From Oikopleura dioica (taxonomy: Eukaryota; Animalia; Chordata): a DNA stretch of 64,000 nt. The translations under genes were made by a program, and so were the position numbers. Under the pieces are notes generated by a model. The model was not told the DNA's origin and did no database searches. It saw nothing but the letters and a program-made list of their open reading frames with translations. Location: NCBI GenBank assembly GCA_907165135.1, contig OU015567.1:12214001-12278000 (forward strand). Reading direction: 5' to 3'. Every line of letters starts with the position of its first letter. Positions within the stretch are counted from its first letter, which is position 1. Positions 49,463-62,457 of the stretch are shown here, piece after piece.

Positions 49463-52400
49463 ATGATGAGCGCTCCAGAAGTGATGCCACAGACGATGCA
49501 AAGTTTCCAGTACCTCAACTACGCTGCCCAATATCAGCAACAGGTAATATTTGAGATCGGATCTATATTGAAGAGAGTCTGAATTTTAATAAAAGGCGAA
49601 TTTGCTGAAATTAAAAAATGTACTCGGCACTCAAGAGGCCGGACCGCACTTGGTGGAGGTAGTTATTTTGGGCTTGGGATCAGTATTACTGATTCAGTAC
49701 CTTGAATAGAATAAACTCTTCAGATTCATTTTTGGCGGATTTTATCCTAAGATTTTATGTGAAAAAGTCGAAGGGCTGTCACATGTGGGTGAATTTATTC
49801 GAAAAAGAACCCTTGAAAACTAAACTCCTGTAATTTTCATCGTAATAAGCCGAACATCGTTGAGTTTCGAAGGCGAAAATCAAAGATCAGAAAGGCGAGT
49901 TAGCAAAATTTTCTTGAGAAATTATCATCTGCCGATAAGCTCCCCATATTCTCAAACTAAGATAAAAGGGTTTTTCCGCTTGAATATTCCAATCACCAGG
50001 TTGAGCATCCGATTCAGCCCGATCATCATTTGATAAGGCAAATGAATCATCAGTCGTTGACACTGATGATGCTCAAAAGAAGTTGTTATCGGACTTCTAC
50101 GTTGGGGGCCCACCCAATTTGAAAGGATCGTTGTTGATTCATCACATAATTCGCACCACCAAATTGTCCCTTTGTTCTGTTTTGGCAACTGCCGGGTTGA
50201 ACTCGAAGGTGATAAGTAAGCTCTGCAAGAATTTGCGAAATCGTGAGCGTTCTATCTTCGTAAACATTTGCAACTGAAAGCTAGAATTTTAGAGCTTTCT
50301 TGCTATTTCATTAAAAATTTAGTTCAAGAGGCTTAGAAAAAGTTTTCAAACTAGGAATTTATGAAAAAGATTGTAATGAGCAAAATTACTCAAAAAATGC
50401 CAAGCGCCTGGGTCTCCAAATTCTTGCGCTCTAAGAAAGCCAAATGAATGTTCTCCCGACAACCCGAAAGTATTCGCCTTATGTGGATCCGCATATCTCA
50501 CTAGATGCAACAATTTCCACTGAAAATTCCCCCCTCACACGAAAATTTCACAATTTCCGCTTCTGAAAATATGAACCCAAAATAATTAACATCAAAATTC
50601 ACTCAACTGGATCTGCAATCATCAATCAAATCAGATTCTTCTCTTTTTGACAGCAGGAAATGAAAACTGCGAAAAAATTCAAGTTGCATAAACAATGTTT
50701 TTAGCAAATTCACAGATTTCACAAACTAAGGGTATCACTGTTAATTTTTACAGAACCCACTGCGGTTTGATTTCATGAGCCTAAATTTCACCAGAAACGA
50801 TGATTTTTGAAGGAGCTAGACAGCGCGGCGTGTCAGAATTTGTAATTCGCAGTGTGTGCCCCTGTCGTAAAGGGGACCATGGGATCTGGTGAAACTGGCT
50901 ACCTACCCCTAAACTACCAGTATCCGCCGCCTTTGATCACCGCGGGAGAGCCACTGAGGGGACGAGCTTATCACGTGTTATCAGGCAAACGGAACACAAG
51001 AATACGAAATGCAAAAAGCTCGTGTACTTCCGCCGGGAAAGCTCTCTCTTGTGGTCGACTTTGAGTTCGATAAGTTTTTATGATAAGTTTTGAACATGAC
51101 TCAAAGTATGAGTAAAAAAATTATTTCGAACTATTTCGAAATTAATTTATTGATCGGTTCAAGTTATATTTACATTTAAATATTCAAATCTTGCGCGAGT
51201 ACAAATGACTCTCGGATTCCAAACATCTATGGAAAATTTATTCGTCTGAGGCAAAGGAGATTTTTTCGAATACACATCGCTCATTTTTGGGTATTCGCTC
51301 CTGCATGTATAGCGCCTTTGATCCGCCCATGTCTGCTCAATTTGTCCCGGCAGGGGCCGCCGAGCATTCCACCAATTTAACCAAGGCTGGCGGAAATCGA
51401 CCGACCACGACCCACCGCTCAGCAACCTTGCGAACAACAAACACCCTTGAAGCAGGCAGCGCCACTCTGAACTCTTTTGACGCCCCTTGACTATCAACAA
51501 ATAAGAAATTGGCCAGTCAAAGTCGCCTTTGAACAAGATTCAAGGCGTGAAAATTCCGTTCCACTTTCTTTCAAAAGGCCCTTCAAAACCTTATCCTAAC
51601 CATTTCTCTTCAGCGACTGAACTTTGCTAACGGCTACCATCAATCCGGACCGGGTCTTCACGATACTCCATCAGTTTCCGCACATGAAAGTCTTTCCACA
51701 ATGAATCCAGTATCCGTCAGCGCTCCTTCAGTCCTCGACCCAGCCACTCAACTCGGTCATTTGAACGCTGCTATCACGAAACTAGAACCACAGTTGCCAG
51801 TAGCTCCTACAGGCCACAGTACCCCTGCCTCGACCTCGCCAAATCAACCAACGCAAGAGCAGAGTCTGCCAATGACTCCACCCCGGCCGAATGCGATGGA
51901 ACCGCTGGTAGAGAGTTTTTACGAAAAAGATATCGAAGAAGAGCTCGATGAACATTTCAAGAAGTCACAGTCAGAAACGAAAACAAGAAGAGGTAAGAGA
52001 TCATATTCAAATGGATCTTTTGAACTTCGGAAGGCGGAAACGAAACCAATTTGTCATTTTTTGGGTGGAGGAGGCGCCCCACTTAGTAGAAACCGGTCGG
52101 TTCATTTCAATATTTGCGGCGGCGGCGCTTTGATAGCTATTAAACAATACTAAGTGCATAAAATCTCAAATCAGCGTGGATACTCATTTTTGAATACGAA
52201 TTTAGGAGTTTCATAAATGATGATTAGATTTGTAAGTCTTAATTGGAAGGCGCTTCGGACCGCGCGGTTTATTTGAAGAGCCCACTTGTTGGTGATTATG
52301 GCGGCGTGGTACATTCCTTGTGTGAATGATAATTTACTTTTTCAATACAAAAGGGTCCGATTTGGCCTGAGCGCTCTATGTGTCCGGCGTGGAATGTTTC

Positions 52401-53390
52401 AAAAATGCGCCGAGCACCGTCTCAAAACGGCCGCAACAATTCGCAAATGCCGCTCGCCCGCAACCAGTGAGCCCCTCTCTTCACAAAGCCCGGCTGGCCC
52501 TGCCAATTACGCTTTTATATAAACTACTCGATTTTTCTGTTCTTTGGAATGTCCAAAATACCGTTTTACTTTGGCTGTTTGTCAACACGCGCCATTTTGA
52601 GTACCAGGGACAATACCAGATACGCAAGCCTTGGAGACTAAGACTGACAGCAGGAATGATAATTGCCGGTGTTGCTAGCGCGGGGTAGACAACAACGCTA
52701 GAATTAATTTGTCAATCATCGTTCACAGGGGCATCGAATCCATCCTCCGTCCCCACCTGGCAAAGAACAATTGCTCAAGATTTTAGAATTCCTTGCTTTG
52801 CACTTTTGGCAAGCCGAAACAAATTTTCTAACTGATGATTTTAGGACTCATCTTCCCCGCATCGTACTACCAGCAACAGACCTCCCCGGCCGCCCAAGCT
52901 CCGGCATCGGCAGTCTCACATCTTCATCACTGTCGACCACGCCACCGTACGGTCATTACAGTGGATTCCCTGGCTATGGCACGGGTCCAACGTCTTTCTC
53001 TCCGCACACCAGCGCCACACCGACCACCTCGCACTCCTTCTCCCCAACCAATCAGGCGGCGAGTCCCTACTGGAGCCAGTACGCTGCGAATTATGCATCT
53101 TCATTCAACCAAAATCCTTCATATTCTCCATCAGCGAGCTACAATTCTTCCCTCAATCTGACGGCAGGAGTCGGTACTTACAATCAGAGCAGTCTTTTCC
53201 CTTCGACTGGACCAACAGCAGCAACAGGACTCGATCAACTTGGAGCAAATCAGTCGCCTTTTCAAGCCGCAGCAGCTGGTACGTTTCATCTTCTTTAAAA
53301 CAGTCTCTCAAAAATTTACTATTCAGAATTTCAGACTTAAGCCATTTATTTAATCTAATTAAACTCTATAGGATTCCGGAGCTACTGAAA
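49463..53390 (+). CDS. Vestigial-like TEAD cofactor (3' exons approximate)
   Basis: Exon 1 MMSAPEVM...QQQ|RL resembles VGLL2/3 exon 1; Tondu-like motif ESFYEKDIEEELDEHFKKS; S/P/Y-rich C-terminus. Confidence 0.7.
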
Positions 53391-56300
53391 ATGAAGCCAA
53401 TTTCAATATCGAAAGAAACGATCTGACGATTCGGACGAACTGTACATAAATCAATGTAAAGCTATTTGTCACTGCTCCTCAAAAAATAAAATAAACGCTC
53501 ATTGGAAAAAATAAACAGCTCGATCTTATTTTGTGCAACTTGTAAACACGTGATGAAGATAAACGCGCAAGGGTTGAAAAGAAGGAGCAGGAGTAGTACT
53601 ATCTTATCATGGAGTGGGTGAGCTCTCGAGGGTTCAAGCTTCAGTGACCTCAGCGATGTCAAGCCCCATCGTGAAGGAATGGGCTCTGAATTCCATCCCC
53701 TAAGTATTTAGCCACTACTCACTCTTTGTGGAGGTTTTTGAAGCTGAATTCGATTATATGATAGACCATCATTGATAGTTAATCCTCGAAATTTAATAAG
53801 TAAGTGCATTGTAGAGTTGTAAGTTTATTTTGTTTACAAACTGTTAGCTCCAAGCGCAATCAACTCTAATTAGCTGATAATTATCGACCGTGGGAAGCAG
53901 ACTTTTTGCCCGAGAGAGCGAGCACAAGTGGTGTCGGTGACCTTTCACTCCCTGCTCCCTTCCTATCTTGAAAAAAAAGGATGAATCCGTGCGCCAAAAA
54001 ATATACGCCACAATTTTATCAGTTGTGATAATTCGGCGACCGCTGGCTGACCCACGCTCAAATTCCTGAATCTCAATTCGTGACTTTAAAAATGCGTCAA
54101 TTTTCAAAGATAGGGGATAGTTTGAAATCAGGTTTTTTCTCCATCTCATTACGTAAAATGCACAGTTTATTTTCAGACAATTATGAGATCACGTCTTCAG
54201 TTGTTTTTAATCACTTAGCACGTGTAAATATTTGCTTTCATTTGTCTACGAGTGCTATCATTATCAGCTAATTGGGAGGTTACGTTTAACTCTGGGAGAC
54301 TCCCAGAGGATTAGACTTGCTAACTACATCGGATAGCAGAAACAGCCGGTGAGCTTTTGCGCTAAAAAAGAACGCATGGAAACCTACAGCCAAATTATGA
54401 AAGTGAGCGGCTCTTCGGCAGGAATGCGCGCCGCAACCGGTCGGGCAGCGCGGTGGGAGACAGAGCACCATCAAAGATTCGTTATTGTATATCTCCGCGT
54501 GGTTTTGTATATCCTTTACTGGATCTGGCTGCATTCCCCAGGACGAAGGGAAATTCCGATTTTAGAATCAAACAAAGCACCCAGCAGTAAGAGGTAATTG
54601 GAAACAAGAAAAATAGAGAAGAAAAAAGAGTTTTTTTTTGCAACAATTTGGTTGATGTTCGGCTTCAAAAATGTTCTCTAATGAGCTTCAGAATTCCACC
54701 TATGCATATTCTGGTCTTGAATTGGATCAGTCTCTGGCTTGAATGTGTATATTGTGGGCAACGGTAGACCGCAGGTGAGAGCTCGAATGAAATACTTTGA
54801 AGGAATCGGAATGCGGAAGTTCGGTTTTTGGAAAAATTTCTCTCTTCGGAAGTTCCCTTATCTTGAATGCCTCTTACTGCGACCGTAAAAAGTAAAGAGC
54901 TGATAACTCGCTGCAGCATAGAGATATCCGTTAATACGGGGATAGCACTTCCCTCTTTGAGGCGCGACTGGTGTTTTACTAAGAGCCGCTTTCCGTTGAG
55001 CTGGGAGGAGTGCTTTTCTTTGGCACTTTGTGAGCACCATCCGGGTTTGTTGCAAGAGACGAGAATTTTTCTAGTTTTGAGGGTGTTAATGCGCAGAAAT
55101 CTTCAGGAAAGACTTTTGAATTTAGGAAAGCTTGTTTGAATACAAGAAAAATGGAAAAGGTGAGCTTGGTTCAGTACGAAGAAGATTTTCCGGCCCGAGC
55201 GTGCCAGACATACTGAGGATCGCCCAACCACAATGGTATTTATTTGGCTCCTGTGCAACATTCGGGTTTAATTTTTGCCTCAGCCGGGGCACGATCGGCA
55301 TTTGTGTCTTCCTCGAAGAGTTTGCCATTAGAATCCGGCAGTGCGGTCGTTGGCAATTATTTTGCTGCGCGGAATGCCGATCGTGATTCGCGATTTTGGC
55401 CGGAGAGCTGCGTACCTTTTGTGGCTCCACTTCTAGGTTTTTCTGTGTGCGTTGTTTTCTACCTCGAATTCCGACGGGGCATTCTTCGTCCTGCGCATTA
55501 CCTGCACAAGCGAAATTGGCATGATTCAAATCGTAAATCCCTGAACCGCCTGCATAACTTCGATTCAACCGCCTCAACCGGTTCAACCACAGCGTTGCTG
55601 CACTTTGGTAAGAATTTACACAGTGAAAAATTAGACACAACTTTAGTGATAATCTTTACGATACATCTTCCCGCCATGTCTGATATCTCCCGCTGAGAAA
55701 CCATCAGTGTTGCGCCCTCAGTTGGACCCGGACAATCATAAATGGGAAAAATGAAGGCTTTGCATATTATTCAAAACAATTTTTTGAAAATGAAACTCTA
55801 TTCTATCTTTTCATACAATGGCCAAATATTACATTGATTTTTATTTTTTTAAATAGAGGACTTCCTAAGTCAGGAATCTTGACTGAATGACTCTTACATA
55901 AAATGAAACTGTTTCAAAATCGGTAGTTAGATATTTCATCTTTACTTAAGTTTTGAATAAATTTTAGTTTAAATTATATTGTTTAATACAAATTGATGCC
56001 TTTGATTTTCAGATTTTTGAGATTTGTTCCGTTGTTGAAAAATTCCGATGTTGAAGGAGTATGCAACCCATTGTCAGCGTCGGAGGCTTTGTGTCTTCTT
56101 GTGGTATCTAAATAACGTGGTGATAAGGGAGTCGCGTTCCACCCGCAGCTCAGGAATGGCTGCTGGTGATGTGGGAATGTCGGCTGTATTCGTGAAATGT
56201 GTTCAGAAATGTCGCCAAAATTTCTCAAAAATATTCGACCAATTCTGAAGGCCACAGCGCATTGTGACATTGGCTCGCCTGTGGAATCCGCTCAACGTGT

Positions 56301-56738
56301 TCAAATATGAGCAACAAGTTATTATTCAAACTCGTTTATTCAAAAGGCTCGATTGGATGACTACCATTACCAGAATTTGAATGAATCGAAAGATTTTCGA
56401 ACTCTACGACTTCAACTACTGACCGCATGGTGTTATTATAGTCACAAAGAGTAGTTTTAGTACTTAGAATTCTATAACTTGCGATTAAACGCTTATGCGA
56501 GTTTGCTTTATAAACTTCACAAAATGAAGAACCTTCGCTTAGCGTCATACCGCGTAGAATAAACCAGTTCTCGTCCGATCACTGAAGTCAAACTACGACG
56601 GGCGGGGTTAGTACTTACATGGGTGACCGGTTGGGAATACCTCGTGCGCTAAGCATTTTGCTTTTTTCGGAGTCAGATTTCAGTTTTCGAGAAACTTTGG
56701 CCCATTTTATCTCCATGAATATTGCTCCTTATGGAATG
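51365..56738. promoter_or_regulatory. Cluster of TEAD/MCAT-type GGAATG/CATTCC hexamers
   Basis: Hand count of 13 sites: 51365, 52312, 52391, 52546, 52653, 53676, 54421, 54532, 54808, 55371, 56153, 56174, 56733. Confidence 0.45.
56537..56655 (+). rRNA. 5S rRNA
   Basis: 119 nt; GTTCTCGTCCGATCACTGAAGTCAA...GTTAGTACTT...GGGTGACC...GGGAATACC; paired ends GCTTAGCG/CGCTAAGC; T-run terminator. Confidence 0.92.
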
Positions 56739-56790
56739 TAAAGTCGACCAAAATTTCTTGAAACTGAAAACTAAGTCCCAAAAAACAAAA

Positions 56791-56907
56791 TGCTTAGCGC
56801 ACGAGGTATTCCCAACCGGTCACCCATGTGTACTAACCCCGCCCGTCGTAGTTTGACTTCAGTGATCGGACGAGAACTGGTTTATTCTACGCGGTATGAC
56901 GCTAAGC
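56791..56907 (-). rRNA. 5S rRNA, inverted copy with 2-nt deletion
   Basis: Matches the plus copy except GTAC[TT]ACAT lacks TT (117 nt). Confidence 0.85.
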
Positions 56908-57263
56908 GAAGGATGCTCATTTGGACGAATTACATATCAATTTTTCAAAACAAAAAGTCCCTTTTTGCAATTATTTCCGCCGTGAAGCCACAAATAAAGG
57001 CGAAAATAGGACTTTTCGCTAGATTTGAAGCGTAACAAACTTCCACAGCCCCTGATTGGGTGTTGAGCCCGCGCGCCAGAAACTCTCCAGACCGAACCAT
57101 GTTACGTCATTTTGCCTCATCAGCGAATGTTCCCGTCGATTTTCGGAGTAACCGATTTGGAAGTCAACATTTCTCTCTCACGTGCTCTTCTCGAAATTTT
57201 TGAACCCCTGAAATTCTGAAAATTTCCTCGATCCTGGAAGCAAAAATTGAGAAGAGAAAAAGT

Positions 57264-60200
57264 ATGAGTATCCGCCTTGATCAAATCACCGAAGACGATG
57301 TCGGCAATTCTCGCCAGAAGAAAAAGTCGAAGGTCACCAAGAAAGAGGTAAGCCATTCAAAACTGTTTTCTCAAATAATTTCAGTCAACTTTGTTCGCTC
57401 GTCTGTATTTTTTTAGGAATCTGTCGATCTCGATGCCCTGCTCATGGCTGGAGAAAATCTCAACAAAGAAAACACTCCTCCATCTTTTCCAAAACGCTCC
57501 GTGGGCTCAGACTGGAGCGATTCGGAGGACGAAGCTCCTCCTCCACCAAAGCGCTCCACTCGAGCCACCAAGGCTAAAGCTCAAGATCCAGTCAAAACCA
57601 AGGCTCGTGGAAAGACTGCTTCCAAAGCAGAACCCAAGCCTAAGAAGAAAAAGACAGTCAAGGAGCAAGTTTCCGAGGAAGATGAAGAACCACGGTCGCC
57701 GATGAAGAAGAGAACTAGAGCCGGTCGCGCGAAGGCTGCAGAAGCTCCAAAGAAAGAATCAAAGTCGAAGAAAGCCAAAGCCACAAAAGAGGTCAAATCG
57801 AAATACTTCAAGGCCGAAGCTGACGACAATCAGAATGACACTCCTCAGCCAGAAGAAAGCGATGAAGAAGCTCCTGCTCCTAAAAAAGCAGCGAAGGGGC
57901 GAAAGAAACCCGCGCCGAAGAGAAAGAAGGTGAAGGAAGAAAATGAGTCGGACTGGTCGGAATCCGACAAGGAAGAAGAAAAGCCCAAACCAAAGGCTAA
58001 AGCAAAGAAAAGAGGTGCTAAGAAAGAAGCAGAGGAGAAAGAAGACGAAGCTCCCAAAGGCCCACACGTCGAAGGCACCTATCTCGACGACGGAACTCTT
58101 CAAATTGAAATAACAGAGGCGAAGAAAAACCGCTTCATTGAAGAATACAAAGAAACTCCGGAAGAGCGACAGCAGCGCGAGTGGGCAGCCTACATGAGGT
58201 CGATTATTAATCGTGAGAAGCGAGAGCACTCTCAAGAACGACACCGAATCGATCTTTTGGTCCACTTGTGGCTCGGTCTCAGCTGGGACAAACACATTGA
58301 TTGCAAATTTCTTCAGGTTACTTTATTTCCATCAATATATATTTAACCATTTCCTTCCAGGCGAACATCCTATCCATGCTGCCCATTGACGCCAACGTCG
58401 ATTCTGAAGCTGACCTCCGCCGACTCACAGTCGCGATGAACAGCTCCTTCCATTTTCCCGCCGCTCCAGCCGATTCCGGCATCCCTAGCCCCCACGGCGG
58501 ACTTCTCCTTCTCGACCGAGCTCTTCAGCGATACAATTGCGAAGACCCTTGGTGGAAGAACAAATCGATCACCTATCAGTACTTCCTCCGAACTTGCCTC
58601 TTCGTCGCTGCGGTACGATCTGTCGGTGGAATCGCTCGTCTTGTCATCGACGGACGAATTCATCACCACAAGCCGCAGTCCGAAAAACAGCTCAAGGAGG
58701 GAAAAAGAAGAATGAAGAAATCCGCCGAATGGTTTCCAAACACGAGTCCTCCGTCATTCTCAACAGCTGGTGCGAAGTTTTCATCGGAGAAACCTGGCTT
58801 CCGGTCATTATCAAGGAGAACAGATTCGCAGTTGTGGAGACGAAAAACGTGGAAGGGTTCCTCTACTGGCCAGTGAAGTATTGCATGGGCTTCGACGGAG
58901 GTGTTCGGGATGTTACTGCGCGATACGCATCAAAGTGGCTGGAAGACACCAAGAAGCTTCGCATCAAATATGTGGAGAAAAACACCAACTACTGGAAGGA
59001 AACATGTGACATGTTCCCCTCGCGAAATAAGCACTTGGAAACTGCAGAGACAAAAGAGATGAACAAGAATCTCAAGTCTGCGCCAATCCCGAAGACGATT
59101 TCTGCCCTCAAAGGTCATCCTCTCTACGTCTTACGTCGTCATGTCCTCAAATACGAATGCATCTATCCCGAAGACACAACACCTGTCGGACAGATCGAAT
59201 TGAAATCAAAGGGAGAAATCACATACGAAGACATCTTCCCTCGAAAAGCCGTCAAAAAGCTTCACACCAGAGGAACATGGCTCCAAAATGCTCGAGTCGT
59301 ACGCGATGGAGAAGTTCCAATGAAAATGGTTGCCAGCTGGATGCAAAATAAAAAGGCTGGCAACGACGCTGGTGCTAAGAACTCACCTCTTTTCGGCGAG
59401 TGGCAAACTGATTGGTACAAAGCTCCAATTGCGAAAGATGGTCTTGTACCAAGAAACGATTTCGGAAATGTTGATTTGTATCAGATGTGCATGCTTCCAA
59501 TTGGTACAGTTTTTCTCGAGGATTTGGACGACTTCGGGGTGTGCTCTCGAGTCTGCAGAAAGCTTGGAATCGACGCAGCAAAGGCCGTTGTCGGATTCGA
59601 TGGGAAGAAGGGATACCCTAAGATCGGCGGCTACGTCATTTGCAAGGAGTACGAGCAGACAGTGCGAGATGCATATGTTGAAGCTGCCGGTATTTCGGAA
59701 GAACGCGCTCGACAGAAATCTCGCAGTCGGGCGAAGAAGAACTGGCGAAAGCTACTCGCTCTTTATTTCGCGAAAAAAAAGGTTGAACGACTCTTCGCTG
59801 GACGAGAAGTTGATCCTCAACTTGAACGAGTTATTATGAAGGGCCAGCGTCGAAAGATGGATCTCGAGGTAATTGAATACGCTGATCGTAGAAAGCTAAC
59901 TTCGTTTAAGGACGAATCATCCGATGAAGAGATTGAAAAACTGGAGAAAAAGGCCTCCGCAACGACTAAAAAACGCGCTCCAACGAAATCAAGCGGGCGC
60001 GGACGAAACAAGGTCAAGATCGTCGATGACGATACAATTGAATCGATCGAGTCTGAAAACGAAGAGCCCGAAGCCTCGTCTGACAGCTCCGATGAATCAG
60101 ATGACGACTCTCCGCCAGCAAAGTTGACGAAGAAGTTGAAGCAGCAAGTCGCAAAGACAGTTATTCCACGAGAGAGAAGCTCTCGCCGCGCTAAAGCTGC

Positions 60201-60331
60201 CCCAGCCAAACCGGTATTTTGATGACCTTCTGGTTTTGTTCCTAATTATTCATATTTAGGTCAAGTACGAATTCAGCGGTAGCGAATCTTCTGAGTTCTC
60301 GGCTGAGTCGAATGATGAAGACTGGGATTAA
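57264..60331 (+). CDS. XPC: DNA damage recognition protein XPC/Rad4
   Basis: WCEVF transglutaminase-like segment; BHD motifs PKTISALKGHPLYVLRRH, LHTRGTWLQNARVV, LFGEWQT, VPRNDFGNVDLY, AVVGFD; five exons including a 35-nt intron. Confidence 0.95.
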
Positions 60332-60509
60332 TCCCTGTATTTTTGTACATGCTTGTACCAATCTAGCTTGCCATTCCCCCATTTTTACCCTGACATCCAC
60401 AATAGTTCAGTTAAACTTCTATCTGCTGCGTTTTTATCGAAAATAGAGTCAGTTAAAATTATCTAATAATGTTTTTATTTGAAAAGGAAGAAAGTCAGGC
60501 TATTATCAT

Positions 60510-61860
60510 CTAATTAGGCGAGGAGAATCGTCCAGCAAAAACGGTCTCTCCTTCGTATCGGATGAAAAATAGGAATGGTTTGTTGGCTTCGATTAGGATT
60601 GGCATCATCGGCATCATTCTCATCATGCCGATCATCCCAGTGGCAGCAGCAGCTTCTGTTCCTTGCTCGTCGACGATGATTTTAACTTTGTGAACGGCGG
60701 CGCCAATGTGAAGTCCCGCGTGCGTCATTTCAGAAAGTGGGTTCACCTCGGGGTTGAAGATTCGCTAGAGAGAATTTACGACCTCAAAGAAATAATTGTC
60801 CTCTTACCGTGAGTCCGCATTTCTCAAGAGTGTCCTTCAAGTTCATGCCAACTTCAAGCTCGAACTTTGGCATTTTCACCAGAACTTCATCTCCGCCAGA
60901 TCTGTCGAGATTTTTGACAAGATCATCGACGACTTCGGGAGTGATCTTTGCTTCGATTCCGTCGAGTCCACCAATGTATTGTGGGACGACGAGAAGCATT
61001 GAAGCTCCATTTGAATATGGAAGCTCGACGACTTGCGCTTCCAGTTCTCCGGAGTAGTTGAACGCAAATTTATGCTGGAAAGAAATTTATAAAAATAACG
61101 ACGGGCATTCTTACCTTTTTCTGCATCAGCTGAGTCTTAACTGTTTCGCTCTCAGAGAGATGGAAGTCATCTTCAAAAGGAGCATCGAAGGGATTCTCCC
61201 AAGATCCCTTGAAGTGAAGAGCGGAGCAAAGTGCAATCATGGTGTTCGCATCGACGTCAGAAGCAGAAAGCAAATCTTTGATCATTTCTTTTGTCTCCCC
61301 AGCGACCCATTTGTTAATTCTATAATCATTATCGTTATTTACCCGCTGAGAGACTCAAATATTTGAGCATAAATCTGCATAAATCACATATTCTGACGGT
61401 AATTTTTAGCCATATTCTGACCGACTTACGTTCCAACTGATGCTTCTGGGTCGGCGAAATCGACTTTCTCAGCTCCGGCACCGTATTTTTCGAGGCATGC
61501 GTCTTGGAATGGCGTTTTGACTTCAAATCCTCGCTGGATAAAGAGTTTGGCAGCAACGTTAGCCACTTCTGAATTCGGTACATAATTAAAAAAGTTACAT
61601 TCAGTCAACTATTTCTAACTGATGCAGTATGATTGATTCGACGCTGTACCTTTAGATTTCATCGAGTCAAGAGCCTTCTGTAGGACTGAATGCGTCTGAG
61701 CATGATCGCCTCGACCGAGAACAGTTGCCAACTCGTCTCTGGTCTCGTCCGTGGTGCCAAGCATCACCATTCCGAGCGCATGTGAAATATTAACGGGTGA
61801 AAAACATTGATTCCCCCTCAAATGCTTGAGCATTTGGAACACGAATTTGAAATCGGACAT
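60510..61860 (-). CDS. Intracellular-type serpin, 5 exons
   Basis: FSPVNISHALGM, INKWV, ALHFKGSW, MPKFEL, hinge DEQGTEAAAAT, ANKPFLFFI; no signal peptide. Confidence 0.93.
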
Positions 61861-62457
61861 CTTGTAGCTTCCTTTCTCCTTGATCTTTTGATCTTTAATT
61901 TTGAAAGAAAGAAGATTGCCTTTAATAGATGTTAGGTTAATTTTTAACTCGACGCTCCATTACGTACTCTGTAAATACGGGTCTCTTCGCAAAACAGTGA
62001 CAGAATTCGTTATATTTAGTTTGTGACAATCTAAAGGGAAAGCGCACTCAGGGCGGTCAGGCTTGAAGATTGAGTCATCAGATGATTTTGCGGAGTCGTG
62101 GTACTTCTAGAGCCTTAGGGCTTGTTTATAGGACCTCATTTCGAAGACTGCATGAAAATAGAGTGACAGTTCTTTTCATCTCGATTTTTAATTTGAAAGT
62201 CGTTGGCAGTTTAATTTTCAGCAGTTTAGAGGAAATTATTAATTAAAGTGATATTCTATAGATGAGTAGAAGCAGAGTTTGAATTGAGGGCATTGACGGT
62301 AGAAAGTCTAAAGTAGGTTGGCTTTCGCCTCGTCGTCGAAGCACGTGATAGGCGAGAAACATCTGAACTTCTCGACAGTGTTCTTTTTGAAGACTCAACA
62401 AAAGGCAATGTGATTACCTTGCTATATCACGTGATTTTTGATCTCATGAAGATCGAG

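Noticed and set aside
54349-55700. Several medium-length ORFs on both strands downstream of vestigial-like
   Set aside because: No consistent exon chain or recognisable domain; left unannotated.
56661-56690. Short resemblance (GAGTCAGATTTC) to my recollection of the Oikopleura spliced-leader sequence just after the 5S gene
   Set aside because: Only about 12 nt, no donor GT/Sm site arrangement, and no room for a promoter; needs alignment to the real SL RNA.
58537-58876. Apparent frameshift in XPC (two overlapping ORFs)
   Set aside because: A canonical 35-nt GT-AG intron at 58732-58766 joins the frames (SAEC-WCEVF).
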